Shown here piece by piece: positions 46,183-56,739 of a DNA stretch of 64,000 nt; positions within the stretch are counted from its first letter, which is position 1; the number at the start of each line of letters is the position of its first letter. The stretch comes from Cyanobacteria bacterium P01_F01_bin.150. GTDB lineage: Bacteria; Cyanobacteriota; Cyanobacteriia; CAKZMO01. Under the pieces are notes generated by a model that saw only the letters and a program-made list of their open reading frames with translations, did no database searches and was not told where the DNA came from. The position numbers and the translations under genes were made by a program. The DNA lies in the NCBI GenBank assembly GCA_039189765.1, contig JBCCYL010000012.1, positions 32,001-96,000 on the forward strand, in the 5' to 3' direction.

Positions 46183-46401
46183 ATGCAGAAAAAGCCGCGA
46201 AAACATCCAGTGCCGAATCCTCACTTGGAAGAGCTGAAGCGTCTGAATAAAACGTTAGGCAACATTGAGCAAGACTTAGAACAGATAAATAAGCGCCTTA
46301 ACAAGCCCATCGATCTTGTAGACCAAATAGCAAAAGGCGTAGTTTTAGCAGGCGTCGCTTGGGCGATTCTTATTGTGTTGTTGCAAATAATATTTGGATG
46401 A
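46183..46401 (+). CDS. Coiled-coil + C-terminal TM protein
   Basis: GAGAGG RBS before MQKK. Confidence 0.6.
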   Translation: MQKKPRKHPVPNPHLEELKRLNKTLGNIEQDLEQINKRLNKPIDLVDQIAKGVVLAGVAWAILIVLLQIIFG

Positions 46402-46408
46402 ATAAACT

Positions 46409-46699
46409 ATGGAAATATCCAAATACCTACCCAGGGAAATGTCGGGTTGGATTGCTTATATGAGCATTGCTATTGTAGCGGTGGGAGCGGTTAGAATTAC
46501 GTGGAAGTTTTTCAACCCACCTATACCAGAAGCTGAGCGACTTGCTGAGTGCGCAAAACTACAAGAAATATTGCAAAAGGTGTATGTCGAAAGATTTGAT
46601 CGACTGCAAGCTGATGAAGGCTTTCAGCACCCTGATCTAAATCAACAAGAATTAATGCTGAAAAACGAGATGACCAAATTGGGCTGCGAAGTAGAATAA
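46409..46699 (+). CDS. Single-TM protein
   Basis: Hydrophobic N-terminal helix. Confidence 0.6.
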   Translation: MEISKYLPREMSGWIAYMSIAIVAVGAVRITWKFFNPPIPEAERLAECAKLQEILQKVYVERFDRLQADEGFQHPDLNQQELMLKNEMTKLGCEVE

Positions 46700-46702
46700 C
46701 CC

Positions 46703-46870
46703 TTAGCCACTCCTTTTCCCCCGACTAACAGTCACACTGGGGATTTTGAGTGTGCCTTGCTGGCTAACAATCTCCTGCACTAGCTGGCCATTCTCGAATG
46801 ATGAGCTGGTCCTTGCTTCGCGGAGTTGTAGTAGGTAGCGTAAACCGTCGCGTACTGTGGGTTGGGTCAT
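46703..46870 (-). CDS. 55-aa small tail-operon protein (not in ORF track)
   Basis: MTQPTVRDGLRYLLQLREAR...VTVSRGKRSG; TAATG coupling. Confidence 0.5.
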   Translation of the reverse strand: MTQPTVRDGLRYLLQLREARTSSSFENGQLVQEIVSQQGTLKIPSVTVSRGKRSG

Positions 46871-47286
46871 TAGGTTCTGTCCCAGTCAACTATATTTTTT
46901 ACAATGCCCTTTTGGTAAAGCCACGCTCTTAATCTGTGAGTCCATCCGCTTCTATACATTGTTGGCTTAGTGTTCGTCTTTATTTCTATTGCTGGGGAGT
47001 CGCTTCTCATCGTGAATTCATCTATAGATATGCTCTCGGCCTGGATCTGCACGATGAATTCATCGTGCAGAGATTCAAAGACGATTTGATAACTTGGTTG
47101 AGCATTGCCTAGCGAATAAATAACTGGTGACAAAAAACTTATCAATTCATTGCTCTGAAGCGTCACTGAATAATTGGTACCCAATGTAATGCCCTGAAAG
47201 TGAGGATAATTTGTGTATGGTCCATGCACACGAACTGCTTCAAAATAGCGATCTCTATCGTTGCCGTTTTTTATCCAAACTTTCAT
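46870..47286 (-). CDS. Hypothetical protein
   Basis: ATGA coupling in tail operon. Confidence 0.55.
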   Translation of the reverse strand: MKVWIKNGNDRDRYFEAVRVHGPYTNYPHFQGITLGTNYSVTLQSNELISFLSPVIYSLGNAQPSYQIVFESLHDEFIVQIQAESISIDEFTMRSDSPAIEIKTNTKPTMYRSGWTHRLRAWLYQKGIVKNIVDWDRT

Positions 47287-47783
47287 CTTCTTAATGGCTT
47301 TTCTATAAACTCAAATGCATATCCATCATAAATATTTTCTCCCCCAGTTCCCAGATTTGCTTGGGATGCTCTTGGCTTTGGCGGCAACTCCAACCACCAT
47401 TGGCGGATTGTAAACCCTTGGATGCGATCAGCAGGGTCTATTTCGCAACCGTCATGAACGGTAAGATAGTAAGCTCCAGATGATTCAGCATCGTCAAGAA
47501 GCTCTTCTATGACGTCTCTGACGATAATAAATCCAGACGTTACTTCCACTTGGATTCTGTTTTCTAAATTAGGCTTCCGGAACAGCTCCCCGCTTAGTCC
47601 TGTCACCTTACCTCTTTGCCCGATACTCCGATATTGCGCGGTATATCCCCCCACAGGAACCTTGAGCACCATTTTGTTGTTGGTCGTGTCGAAGATAGAA
47701 GCGTAGACAGCATTGACCCCCGTCGAATAATGGCTCACCCTGTCAGAGGCCATGGGAAACGAAATAGTGTTTAGAAATGCCAT
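47283..47783 (-). CDS. Distal tail (Dit-like) protein
   Basis: Position immediately after tape measure gene. Confidence 0.5.
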   Translation of the reverse strand: MAFLNTISFPMASDRVSHYSTGVNAVYASIFDTTNNKMVLKVPVGGYTAQYRSIGQRGKVTGLSGELFRKPNLENRIQVEVTSGFIIVRDVIEELLDDAESSGAYYLTVHDGCEIDPADRIQGFTIRQWWLELPPKPRASQANLGTGGENIYDGYAFEFIEKPLRR

Positions 47784-47786
47784 AAG

Positions 47787-50700
47787 TTAAAGCCTCTGAC
47801 TGAGCATGTTGTTTACAAGGTCAGTAGTAGTTTTAGCAATCTGTTCACGGTCGGGTTCAATGTTCACTTCTTGCCGCTCAATATTCAGCGTGGGTCCACC
47901 GCTACTCCCATCCTGAATGGCAGCAGTCAACTTATCGAGTGCTCCTATAAGGCGATCGCTAGACTGCATGAATCCGTCGAAGTTGAGGCTAGGCTGGGCA
48001 AGCTCAGGTCGGGTCAGTTCGTTGGCGAGTGCTTCGGGGTCAGTGTTTATATTCTGCGATAGTGCCCGCCGTGCCCGTTCCGCTTCACGGTTCTGAATGC
48101 CAAGATCAGCAAGTCCTACTAAATCGCCCCGTCCGGCTTGTGAGAGAAATTGTGATGTAAATGCGTTGTCCGTATCAAGCAGTCCCCTAATCGTGCCAGC
48201 GTCAGAACGTCGTGAGAAACGTTCTGCTTCAGATAACCCTGATCTAGCTTCCTCTGCTTGGCGATCGGATAAAATACCAGCTTGCCGAGCTGTGCGAATG
48301 TTGGACCTGATCTGTTCAAAGGCTTCGTCATTCACTTCTCCAGTAGCCGAACCCAATGCAGAGGCGATCGCATCAACAGTAGGCAGTAGTTCCTCGAACT
48401 GGCTTCTGATGCCATCTAGTCGTAATTCATTGATTTCTACTAAATTATCTTTTAGCGCAGAGAATTCCAGTTTGGTTAATTCTCCGGTTTCAAGCAATCC
48501 TTCAATCTCGTCCAGTTCTGCACTGAACTCAAACGCTATGCTGGTAGATTCTTGTTCAGCTTGGGCCAGTAATCGTGCTCGACCTTGAGCCCGCTGTAAT
48601 CCAAGATTAAACTGAGAGGACTGCTGACTGGCTCTCTCTACATTGATCGCTGCATCCCCTTCGCCAATCCTCCTTTGTGCAGCAATCCGGCGATCGCGCT
48701 CTGCATCCTGGAATTCTTGAATCAGCCGTAATCGTTGCGCCTCAAATAGTTCAGCGTTTTGGCCTATCTGATCGTCCGCACGGTCTAGAGCTGATTCAAA
48801 CTGAGAGATGCGCTGATTCAGATCGGGCAGAATGGCCAGCGCCTCTTCCCCAATCAGCCCCGATGCCACGCCCTGCAATAACTGTTGTCGTACTGCCCGT
48901 GTTTCTGCAACGGTGTCTTCTAAGCCACGCTTGAATTGCTCCAGATCCCGGTTAGTGTCCTGGAACTGATCAGAGATGGATAGCAACCCAGATTCAAGCT
49001 CACGCAATGGGTTGCTATCTCCTATGCTTTGGCCAATATCGCGCAACTGACGTGCAAACCCATCAGACTGCTCTGCAACAGTGCGCTGACCTTCCTCAAG
49101 CTGTCGGGCAATAGATGCGATTGCTGTGTCTACTTCGAGTGATGCGTTGTCAGCTTGTGTAGCCAGATTACGATCAATAGCAGCTAACTGTTCATCACGG
49201 GAACGTTGGGCCAAATCATTCGCTGCAATAATGTCGTCGTTTTGAAATGCAGTTCCATCCAGTTGGCCGAACTGTGGTGCAGCTACCTGAAGGTTGCTGA
49301 AGTCAGGTGAAGTATTTTCTCTGGATGGCTCGCCAAGGAATGAACCTCCTCCAAACGCTTGCTCGGGGGTGAGTTCGATCACTCTGGTGACGGGCTGCTG
49401 GTTTAGTGATTGAGGGGTGGGTAACCCTGTTGCTGGGTCAGGGCCAAGACCAGCGTTAAAGCTAAACTCATCAGCCTGCCGTTGTAGATCACGGGCACCG
49501 CGCAATGAGTCTTCCAGTTGGCGTTCTATGCCGTTGCGTTGGTTGATGGCTTCTAGCTCATCCAGCAATGGCTGGCGTAGCGATTCGATTAGCCCAGTGA
49601 AAGTGTCGCCAATGCCAGAAACGAAGCTATCTTCAAGCCCCAGCAATTCACGGCGAATATCATTGGAAATCTCCTGAGTGGCGTTCTGAAAATCCTGCGA
49701 TATGATTTCACCTGCCACGTCCTCAGCGCTGCGAAGTGCATCACGGTAGAAGTCGGATATTTGTTCGGAGAGGTCACGGTATTGGAGGGCAAGGTCACGG
49801 GCTTGATCATTGAGGTCTGTGCGTGCTTGGACTAGCTGGGCATCAAGCTCGATAGTCTGTGCTGACAGCTCTTTCAATTGTGCCGATTCCTCGGCAAACT
49901 GTTGTGTAATCAGCACTTCGTCTGTTTCTTTCGCTTGTTCCAGCCTTGTCAGAATTTCATTGGCCCCTTGGCTGGCGTCTACGGCTTCAACTAACTGGAA
50001 AGCGTTGTTAATTCGCTCATCATTGAGTACCTTGACCACTTGTTCCATCTGCATCTTGTTGATGCGCAGTTGGGCTTCAATATCAGATATTTCTGCCTCC
50101 GACTGAAGCTGTTGTCTAGCTTGAGATCCTACACCTTGCCCAGCGATCGCCGCCCTTAGCCTAGAATTGGCTGCGTCAATCTGCTGATCTAATCGTAGAT
50201 CTTCTGATTGCGCCCTGATCAATGAAAACTCACGATTCAGCTTGGCGGACTCAGCTACATTGGTCTTGGTTGCGTTAGCTATGCGATCCTGCTCTTTGGC
50301 GATATCTTCCAAGAGCTTCTGGGTTTGATCGATCTCTCTTCTGTAGTCAGCCGCATTCTCTGGGTCTAATGCTATCTGTCCCTGCAAGTTGGACAGGTCG
50401 GTTTGCAGTAATTGCTGTTGAGTAGCCAATGTTGACTGTGCACTGCCTACGACACGGGCTTGTCCTTCTCTCCGCGACAGCAGATCTTCTCTCTGCCTGC
50501 GAAGTGCGGCTTTTTCTTGTGCGTTAGTAGCATTACGGATTTGTGCAGAGAGCGCTGCATCTTGCTGATCAATATCATTCAGTTCAGCGATCGCTTGAGT
50601 TACATCCGGGCCAAAAGCACTCGCTGCTAATGTTTGATCTACTGTAGATTGCAACTGATTCCTAGCGATCGTTTGTGCATCATTCTGGCGTTCTCTAAAA

Positions 50701-53700
50701 CTACGTACACCATCACGACCAAAAGTCTCAGCTACAAAATTAACTGCTTGAATGGGTCTGCTGTCGATGATGCCTTCTTCCAGCAGTTCACCACCAGCAT
50801 TGCCAAGGAGTGACTCTACTAAGGTTCCAGTAAATAAGTTATCCCCTTGGCCTAGCTTTCGAGTCGTTTCGACCAATTTGCTGGTTGCTCCATTGGCACG
50901 ATCTACCGCTTCAGTGAATGCGTTAAAACCCATAGCTGCTTGTTCTGAGAATTCGCCAACTTCTCCAGATAAGTCACTAAATGAATTCTTGGCGATCTTG
51001 ATAGTTTCAATAGCGCCAAATACAGCAAGGTATGGACCGACGGCAGATAACATCGCCTTGCCAAAACCAATTGCTGATACTGTTGCAGCTTTTAATGAGG
51101 CTGCAATTCCAGTAACACTACTTGTTTTCGCAAGCCCTATAAATTGCTTAGACAATCCTTTGATCCCACCAGCCGCATCTAAAGCTCCTTGAGCGACATC
51201 AAGCGCAAGCTTTCCGGCGATCGCCCCTAACGCTTGAATGACGAAAGGAGCAACACCCACTAATTGCTCCATCAAGTCGGCTGCCAGTTCCAACCCTAAC
51301 TGCCTTGCTGGCAGTAGTTGCTCTCCGACAGAAACCTGTAACTCATTCACAGAGTTGTTAAATCGATTGATGGATGCCTGCGCAGTTTTAGCGGCTCCAG
51401 CTACTCCCGTTGCAGTTTCTGCTGCTAGTTGCTGAGCAAATTTAGGAAGGAAATCTTCGCTCAACACTTCACCACGCTGTAGCATCTGATCTAATTCAGC
51501 AGTGGTCACCCCAACCGCTCTGGCTGCAATCTGGAATGAGCCGGAGAACACTCCGCCGACTTCTGCCAATTGTTGGCGGAGTTCTTCAGCGCTAAGCTTA
51601 CCTTTACCTGCAATCTGCGAGATCGCTGTATTCGCGCGGTTCAGGGACTCTGCGTCCAACTGTGAGACCGCTGCCGCTTGTTGGACCGCTGAGGATAATT
51701 GTTCAGTCGCAGCACCTTCTAAAGAGCTGCCTCTAGTCGATGCTGCTAATTGAGAAAATCCCTCTAATCCCTGAGAGAAGTCAGTACCAAGAGATTTGGA
51801 CTCCTCTCTTATTCGCGCTATCTGTTCAGCCGCTTCACGAGATGAGCCAGTGACAAATTTGAATGTATTTTCGATCCGCTGGAATGCTGTTGCAGCGTCT
51901 AAAGCATCCCGGCCAAACTGTATAAGCTGCTCTCCTGCTACTTCTAACAGTTTGAATCCAGCGAATAAGCCAGCGATCTTAATTCCTAACCCTTTCACTT
52001 GGTCGAGGATATTGTCTTGTAAGCTGTTTAACCCATTCTCGAACCCTTCGCCAAAGAATTTCCCTAGCCGTTCTGCTACACGAGACGGCGATCGGATTTC
52101 TAAAGTATCTTTCAGTTCGTCTACAGTTAGTTGTCCTAGCTCATTGGCTGTTTTCTGGGTTCTATCAAGGGTGGACTGTAATCCTTGATTGAAGCCTTCA
52201 CCAGCGTTTATCCCAGCTTCTTCTGTTTGCTTGATAATGCGATTAGCTTCTTTCTTCGCATTAGTGATTGATCGCCTGCTGTTGCCAATAGCTTTACGGG
52301 ATGACTTGGGACGGATGCCGTCAATAGTAAGAAGCCGTTCAAACTGAATTAGCAGATCTACATATTGTTCTTGGAAGGTAAGCAATTCACGTGCGATCGC
52401 CTGTGCCTTTTCTGGGTCCTCTTGGGTTAGTGCTTTAGCTGATTGAGCCTGCGACTTAAACTCATCACCGATGCTTTTAATGAGTTTGTTGATGTCGCCT
52501 AGTCCATCAATTGTTTCATTCTGCTGTGGCGCTAGTTGTTGATTTAGCTGCTCGAAAGTTGCGGCAAGTTTGGTTAACTGACTCTTCGCATTAGCAGCTA
52601 ATGCACCTTCTCCAGTCATCCGTTGATCGGCTGGGATAGCCGCTATCATCTGATCTACTTCTTCAAGCAGATTGGGCAGTAGCCTATTTGCAGTATCTAG
52701 CCTGGGGATAGCCTCATTTGGCCTAGCCCCTGCGAGGGTGGAAATATCTTTAGCCGCTTCTCTAAAGTTATTTATTTTATCGAGGATAGAATCATCAAAT
52801 ACTTGGACGCCCTGGAATAAATCAGGAATGTTCTCACGCATTGCCTCAACAGCAGCACGCCCAATGGTCTCCCCAATCTTTTCGTATTCAGTTAATTGAG
52901 CATTGTCCACCTCGACCATTACTGGGTCAGGATCTGGCATCTGTTCAGCTAGGTTGGACATATCCATGGCCGACATTTCGGCAGGCAATAAGCTCTCTAA
53001 CCGCTGCCCTAGCTGGGTAAATTGGAGGTCTAACTGTTCAAATTGCGCCCTCTCGGTGCCGAATGCTGGCTGGAATGCTTCACGCCCGAGAACTTGCAAT
53101 CGACGTACTTTGTCTAGCTGTTTTTGTGCAGCTTCACTATCAATGCTGGGAGCTGTTTCCAGATCTTCTACTGACTGAGTGATGGCTTCTACATTTTGCC
53201 GAACTAACTTTATATCATCCGTTTCAGTCGCAAACTTGAGGTACATTGCCTGCAAATCTTTCGCAAGCATTTCAAGTTCATTCAGATCGTCGCCAACCTG
53301 TAAAATGATGCGTCGCCTTACGTCATTAGCGCTAGCCATTGCGTCGAAAGCAACCTTCTGAGACTCTTCTGCTGATAGGTCGCTTGTTTTAAGTTCTTTG
53401 CCTGCATCGATATTGGCTTTAAGCTCTTGAATTTCCTCACTTGAAAAGGCTTCGGGTGCTCCAAAGATAGAGTTCATCAGTTCAGGTATTCGAGCTTGCC
53501 TATAGAACTCGAATTGATGATCCTGGAGTCCCAATACGTTCTGCTGAGGGTTATTTGAGTGAAAGAGTCCTCTGGGCGCGATCATCTCAAACACATCTTG
53601 CCCAAGAGGTTCATCTGGGGAAAATATTTTGCGATCGCCTTGTTGGTTTAGCCTGCCAACAAAGTCAGGGGTGCCTACGCTAATATCACTAACGCCATCA

Positions 53701-55370
53701 ATCCCCATCATCTTAAGGATTTCGGCCACTTCTTCTACTACAAACCCGCCGCCGCTCTCGCCTATCAACTCAATCTTTACATTCGGATTTATCTGCCTCG
53801 CCGCTGCGGCCTGCGCTGCCATCTCTACAGAGTCAGGAGAAAACCCGCGAAGGTTAGGCTTCAGCAATGACATAGCAAAGGCTTGCTGCCTGTTTTGTGC
53901 GGCCCTCGCTGAGCTTAAATCTGTATCTGGATTTTTAACAAAGATAGCCTTAGTTCCATCGCCAGTTTCTGCATTAATTTGCTTGGCAATACGAGCTCCA
54001 GACAATCCTCTCGCATTTGCATAACCACCGATGGCAATAATGAGCCGTTCTATCTCTTCATCTCTAACTACCGTGGCATTTCGCCCACTCGTGCGTTGAG
54101 AACTAGCGATTTCCTGTGCTCGCTCTTCGACCATCGGGACTGCACGCATCCGTAACCCCTGCATGCGACGAGATCTAATCAGCGGGTCTAAAACCTCACC
54201 CATTACAGACAAGTCTCTATTGCCAGGTTGCCTCTCAGGAAAGACATTAAAGTCTAGGCTACGGACCTGGTTAATGATGTCATTTAGTTCAGATCGGAAG
54301 GCACTTAAGTCAAACACCTCCTGAACAAACATCTCGCCCATGTTCAAGTAGGAGCTAGCCCCAAACGTAGCCGCAATTCCATCGCCTAACTTAAACGAAG
54401 CTTTTAGGAAGCTCTTTCCTAAAATGTCGGCAATCTCATCTCCTACACGCTTTATCTGCCCTGTCTCTGGAAGTATCTGATTGAAGGATTCTTGGACACG
54501 CGACCTAAATGCTTCTACTGCTTGCTTCTGGCTGGCTTCATCAACTCCTAATGCATTAAACGAAACATCAGTTATTGATTTGAGAGCACTGCTTAATTCG
54601 TTGATTTTAGAGGTGCCAGTTTTTTCTAGATCGATGCCTGTGATCTTTTCAAATTGAGCAGTTGCACCACGCCCAACCGGGTCTGCAAAAGATGCGCCTA
54701 CCCGCTCATTAAACCCTGTAGTAATCTGCTTGATGGTAGAGGTTAGTGGCGATATGAGCGAACCTATTACGCCTTTGTCGTCTTTAGTGATGATCGCATT
54801 TGCAGAAGTTTTGATAGATGAGTCGATGCGTTTTAATGCTTGTTCGCTGGTTCGTTGACTGCGTTCTGTTGCTTTAGCTAAGTTGTCAATCTGCTTGCTT
54901 AAGCGATCACTTTCAGATTGCGCTGATCGAACAGAAGATCCAATTGATGTAGTTAGCTGTAATTCAACATCTGCAACGATTTTCTTGATTGACTCAGCGT
55001 TGAAGCTTATCTCTACTTCAATTGCTTTTGCGGCTAATTTCTGCAACTCCGAATCATCTACCCTAGGCTTAATCGGATTTGCAGCCATGAAGCGGTTCAG
55101 CTCACGAACATGATCTCCTTTTTTGTCAAGGTGCTTGTTCAGCCCATGCAACGGCTCATGGTCAACTGTTGGTTCGAGATGCAGCTTTGGCATCTGTATG
55201 TTGCTGCCACCGAATGCTGAATTGATTACTTGGGCGAACTCTGAAGTTTCACCCCTCAGCATATTGAGCTGTTGGCGGTACTCATCAGTGCCCTCTAGTC
55301 GCAGCTCTACACCCAATTCAGCGATGGTGAATGTCATGCTGTTTTCTCCCTGACATACTGAATTGAGCAA
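47787..55370 (-). CDS. Tape measure protein with internal alpha/beta-hydrolase domain
   Basis: 2527 aa; SPSRV and ISQIAGKGKLSAEELRQQL motifs; GESGG nucleophile elbow; likely start MTFTIAEL (55337). Confidence 0.93.
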   Translation of the reverse strand: MLNSVCQGENSMTFTIAELGVELRLEGTDEYRQQLNMLRGETSEFAQVINSAFGGSNIQMPKLHLEPTVDHEPLHGLNKHLDKKGDHVRELNRFMAANPIKPRVDDSELQKLAAKAIEVEISFNAESIKKIVADVELQLTTSIGSSVRSAQSESDRLSKQIDNLAKATERSQRTSEQALKRIDSSIKTSANAIITKDDKGVIGSLISPLTSTIKQITTGFNERVGASFADPVGRGATAQFEKITGIDLEKTGTSKINELSSALKSITDVSFNALGVDEASQKQAVEAFRSRVQESFNQILPETGQIKRVGDEIADILGKSFLKASFKLGDGIAATFGASSYLNMGEMFVQEVFDLSAFRSELNDIINQVRSLDFNVFPERQPGNRDLSVMGEVLDPLIRSRRMQGLRMRAVPMVEERAQEIASSQRTSGRNATVVRDEEIERLIIAIGGYANARGLSGARIAKQINAETGDGTKAIFVKNPDTDLSSARAAQNRQQAFAMSLLKPNLRGFSPDSVEMAAQAAAARQINPNVKIELIGESGGGFVVEEVAEILKMMGIDGVSDISVGTPDFVGRLNQQGDRKIFSPDEPLGQDVFEMIAPRGLFHSNNPQQNVLGLQDHQFEFYRQARIPELMNSIFGAPEAFSSEEIQELKANIDAGKELKTSDLSAEESQKVAFDAMASANDVRRRIILQVGDDLNELEMLAKDLQAMYLKFATETDDIKLVRQNVEAITQSVEDLETAPSIDSEAAQKQLDKVRRLQVLGREAFQPAFGTERAQFEQLDLQFTQLGQRLESLLPAEMSAMDMSNLAEQMPDPDPVMVEVDNAQLTEYEKIGETIGRAAVEAMRENIPDLFQGVQVFDDSILDKINNFREAAKDISTLAGARPNEAIPRLDTANRLLPNLLEEVDQMIAAIPADQRMTGEGALAANAKSQLTKLAATFEQLNQQLAPQQNETIDGLGDINKLIKSIGDEFKSQAQSAKALTQEDPEKAQAIARELLTFQEQYVDLLIQFERLLTIDGIRPKSSRKAIGNSRRSITNAKKEANRIIKQTEEAGINAGEGFNQGLQSTLDRTQKTANELGQLTVDELKDTLEIRSPSRVAERLGKFFGEGFENGLNSLQDNILDQVKGLGIKIAGLFAGFKLLEVAGEQLIQFGRDALDAATAFQRIENTFKFVTGSSREAAEQIARIREESKSLGTDFSQGLEGFSQLAASTRGSSLEGAATEQLSSAVQQAAAVSQLDAESLNRANTAISQIAGKGKLSAEELRQQLAEVGGVFSGSFQIAARAVGVTTAELDQMLQRGEVLSEDFLPKFAQQLAAETATGVAGAAKTAQASINRFNNSVNELQVSVGEQLLPARQLGLELAADLMEQLVGVAPFVIQALGAIAGKLALDVAQGALDAAGGIKGLSKQFIGLAKTSSVTGIAASLKAATVSAIGFGKAMLSAVGPYLAVFGAIETIKIAKNSFSDLSGEVGEFSEQAAMGFNAFTEAVDRANGATSKLVETTRKLGQGDNLFTGTLVESLLGNAGGELLEEGIIDSRPIQAVNFVAETFGRDGVRSFRERQNDAQTIARNQLQSTVDQTLAASAFGPDVTQAIAELNDIDQQDAALSAQIRNATNAQEKAALRRQREDLLSRREGQARVVGSAQSTLATQQQLLQTDLSNLQGQIALDPENAADYRREIDQTQKLLEDIAKEQDRIANATKTNVAESAKLNREFSLIRAQSEDLRLDQQIDAANSRLRAAIAGQGVGSQARQQLQSEAEISDIEAQLRINKMQMEQVVKVLNDERINNAFQLVEAVDASQGANEILTRLEQAKETDEVLITQQFAEESAQLKELSAQTIELDAQLVQARTDLNDQARDLALQYRDLSEQISDFYRDALRSAEDVAGEIISQDFQNATQEISNDIRRELLGLEDSFVSGIGDTFTGLIESLRQPLLDELEAINQRNGIERQLEDSLRGARDLQRQADEFSFNAGLGPDPATGLPTPQSLNQQPVTRVIELTPEQAFGGGSFLGEPSRENTSPDFSNLQVAAPQFGQLDGTAFQNDDIIAANDLAQRSRDEQLAAIDRNLATQADNASLEVDTAIASIARQLEEGQRTVAEQSDGFARQLRDIGQSIGDSNPLRELESGLLSISDQFQDTNRDLEQFKRGLEDTVAETRAVRQQLLQGVASGLIGEEALAILPDLNQRISQFESALDRADDQIGQNAELFEAQRLRLIQEFQDAERDRRIAAQRRIGEGDAAINVERASQQSSQFNLGLQRAQGRARLLAQAEQESTSIAFEFSAELDEIEGLLETGELTKLEFSALKDNLVEINELRLDGIRSQFEELLPTVDAIASALGSATGEVNDEAFEQIRSNIRTARQAGILSDRQAEEARSGLSEAERFSRRSDAGTIRGLLDTDNAFTSQFLSQAGRGDLVGLADLGIQNREAERARRALSQNINTDPEALANELTRPELAQPSLNFDGFMQSSDRLIGALDKLTAAIQDGSSGGPTLNIERQEVNIEPDREQIAKTTTDLVNNMLSQRL

Positions 55371-55759
55371 GCAAGTTCTTTAGCCCAGTCGGGCAAATCG
55401 CCCTGATTGATGAGGTGGACTAAAGTCTCATTAGTTGATTTCCTAAGATCTGATGCAGTGGTTTCGTGCTTGAATGGCAGTAAACTCGTGTGCTGAATTT
55501 TTGGACCTCCACTGGTTAATCCGTTCATTAGGTTTGACCAACCGAGTGATGCCGTCCAGTTCATCTGATTTACGTGTTGTTGATGCTGCTTTTCATAAAA
55601 TTCGATACACTGCTTTACTAGCCAGATTGGCTGACGACCAAAGTTTTCGGCGTTGAACCGTTCATCTCCTGTCCTGTAGGATTGGATTCGCCAAAAGTAT
55701 TCGCCCCAGTCAATTGCGGGTCTGTCCCAGATTTTTCTGGCAAGCTCTGTTGCTTTCCC
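55334..55759 (-). CDS. Tail chaperone -1 frame (gpT-like part of G-T fusion)
   Basis: G_GGA_AAG at 55759-55753; -1 frame open through IDWGEYFWRI...LLPF to 55334. Confidence 0.75.
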   Translation of the reverse strand, partial: GKATELARKIWDRPAIDWGEYFWRIQSYRTGDERFNAENFGRQPIWLVKQCIEFYEKQHQQHVNQMNWTASLGWSNLMNGLTSGGPKIQHTSLLPFKHETTASDLRKSTNETLVHLINQGDLPDWAKELACSIQYVREKTA

Positions 55760-56739
55760 ACTGGTTCATTTTTGGCTGAAGAAGAACTAGAAGACTCTCC
55801 TATTTGCCCTGTTCGGACTTCGTTAAAAAATTTAAGAAGCTCTTCTTGCAAAGGTTCATTAATTTCCTGATTCGTATCGGCTTCAGACCATTCAATTCCA
55901 GTCCGATAAGTGCTTCCCTCTAAGACAAAGCCAACTGAATTAGGCTCAATAACATCTGAAGTTTTTTCTACCTCTAATCTCTGGGAAACTTCATTTACTT
56001 CACCGATGCTTAATGCAGCAGCTACAGTTACTTTTACAGGACCGAACTTAACGCGATCGCCTACACTAAGAGGTTCATCAATAGGCTTAATAGTCAATAT
56101 GGTCGAACCCAGAGGTGCTCTTTCTAGCACGGTGACAGCATGAAGCAATCGATTCTGCACCATAGTTGTAGCCGCCTCAAATTTAAGCTCAGGGATCTCT
56201 TTGTTCGACTCACGAATGATTGCCATCTGCTCATCAGTAGCGAGCTGAGCAATATTGATAGTGTCTGAGACCAGTTGAGCTTTTGCTGATATATCGAATT
56301 CAGCAGGAATTACGTGAAAAGTATTGCCTGAATCATCAGCGCTATCGGGGCCATCTAGCATTAATATCTTTTCGCCATCTCGTAGCCATTCTGTGCCTTC
56401 GACCCCATGGTCAGGCTTAAGCGATACTTTGGTGTCGCCTGCATGATATTTCTTAACGAGTCCAATCGTTGAGACAGTGCGTAGATCTAGAACTGGGGCA
56501 AGATACAGTTTTCTTAAGCAATGATAAAAACTCTGTCCAGACTGCTCTTTCAAGACTAGCGCCAAATCTTGCAAAACAAGCTTGCTAGCATCCGAACGAT
56601 CAACACGCTTCTGCATCGATGGAGGCATTTCGCAGGTTAAAGCTCCAGCCTCTTTCAATAGATAGATCTCACCAATCAAAGGGTTGCCAACTTTAACGAT
56701 CTGATGTTGTGGACGTGTTGCATACGGGAGTCTTGGCAT
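55618..56739 (-). CDS. Tail assembly chaperone (gpG-like)
   Basis: Between tail tube and tape measure genes; slippery site at VGK. Confidence 0.7.
   Translation of the reverse strand: MPRLPYATRPQHQIVKVGNPLIGEIYLLKEAGALTCEMPPSMQKRVDRSDASKLVLQDLALVLKEQSGQSFYHCLRKLYLAPVLDLRTVSTIGLVKKYHAGDTKVSLKPDHGVEGTEWLRDGEKILMLDGPDSADDSGNTFHVIPAEFDISAKAQLVSDTINIAQLATDEQMAIIRESNKEIPELKFEAATTMVQNRLLHAVTVLERAPLGSTILTIKPIDEPLSVGDRVKFGPVKVTVAAALSIGEVNEVSQRLEVEKTSDVIEPNSVGFVLEGSTYRTGIEWSEADTNQEINEPLQEELLKFFNEVRTGQIGESSSSSSAKNEPVGKQQSLPEKSGTDPQLTGANTFGESNPTGQEMNGSTPKTLVVSQSG

Noticed and set aside
47871..55353. Many plus-strand ORFs of 60-165 aa
   Set aside because: Ser-rich antisense shadows of the tape measure gene; the same applies to shadows over other long genes.
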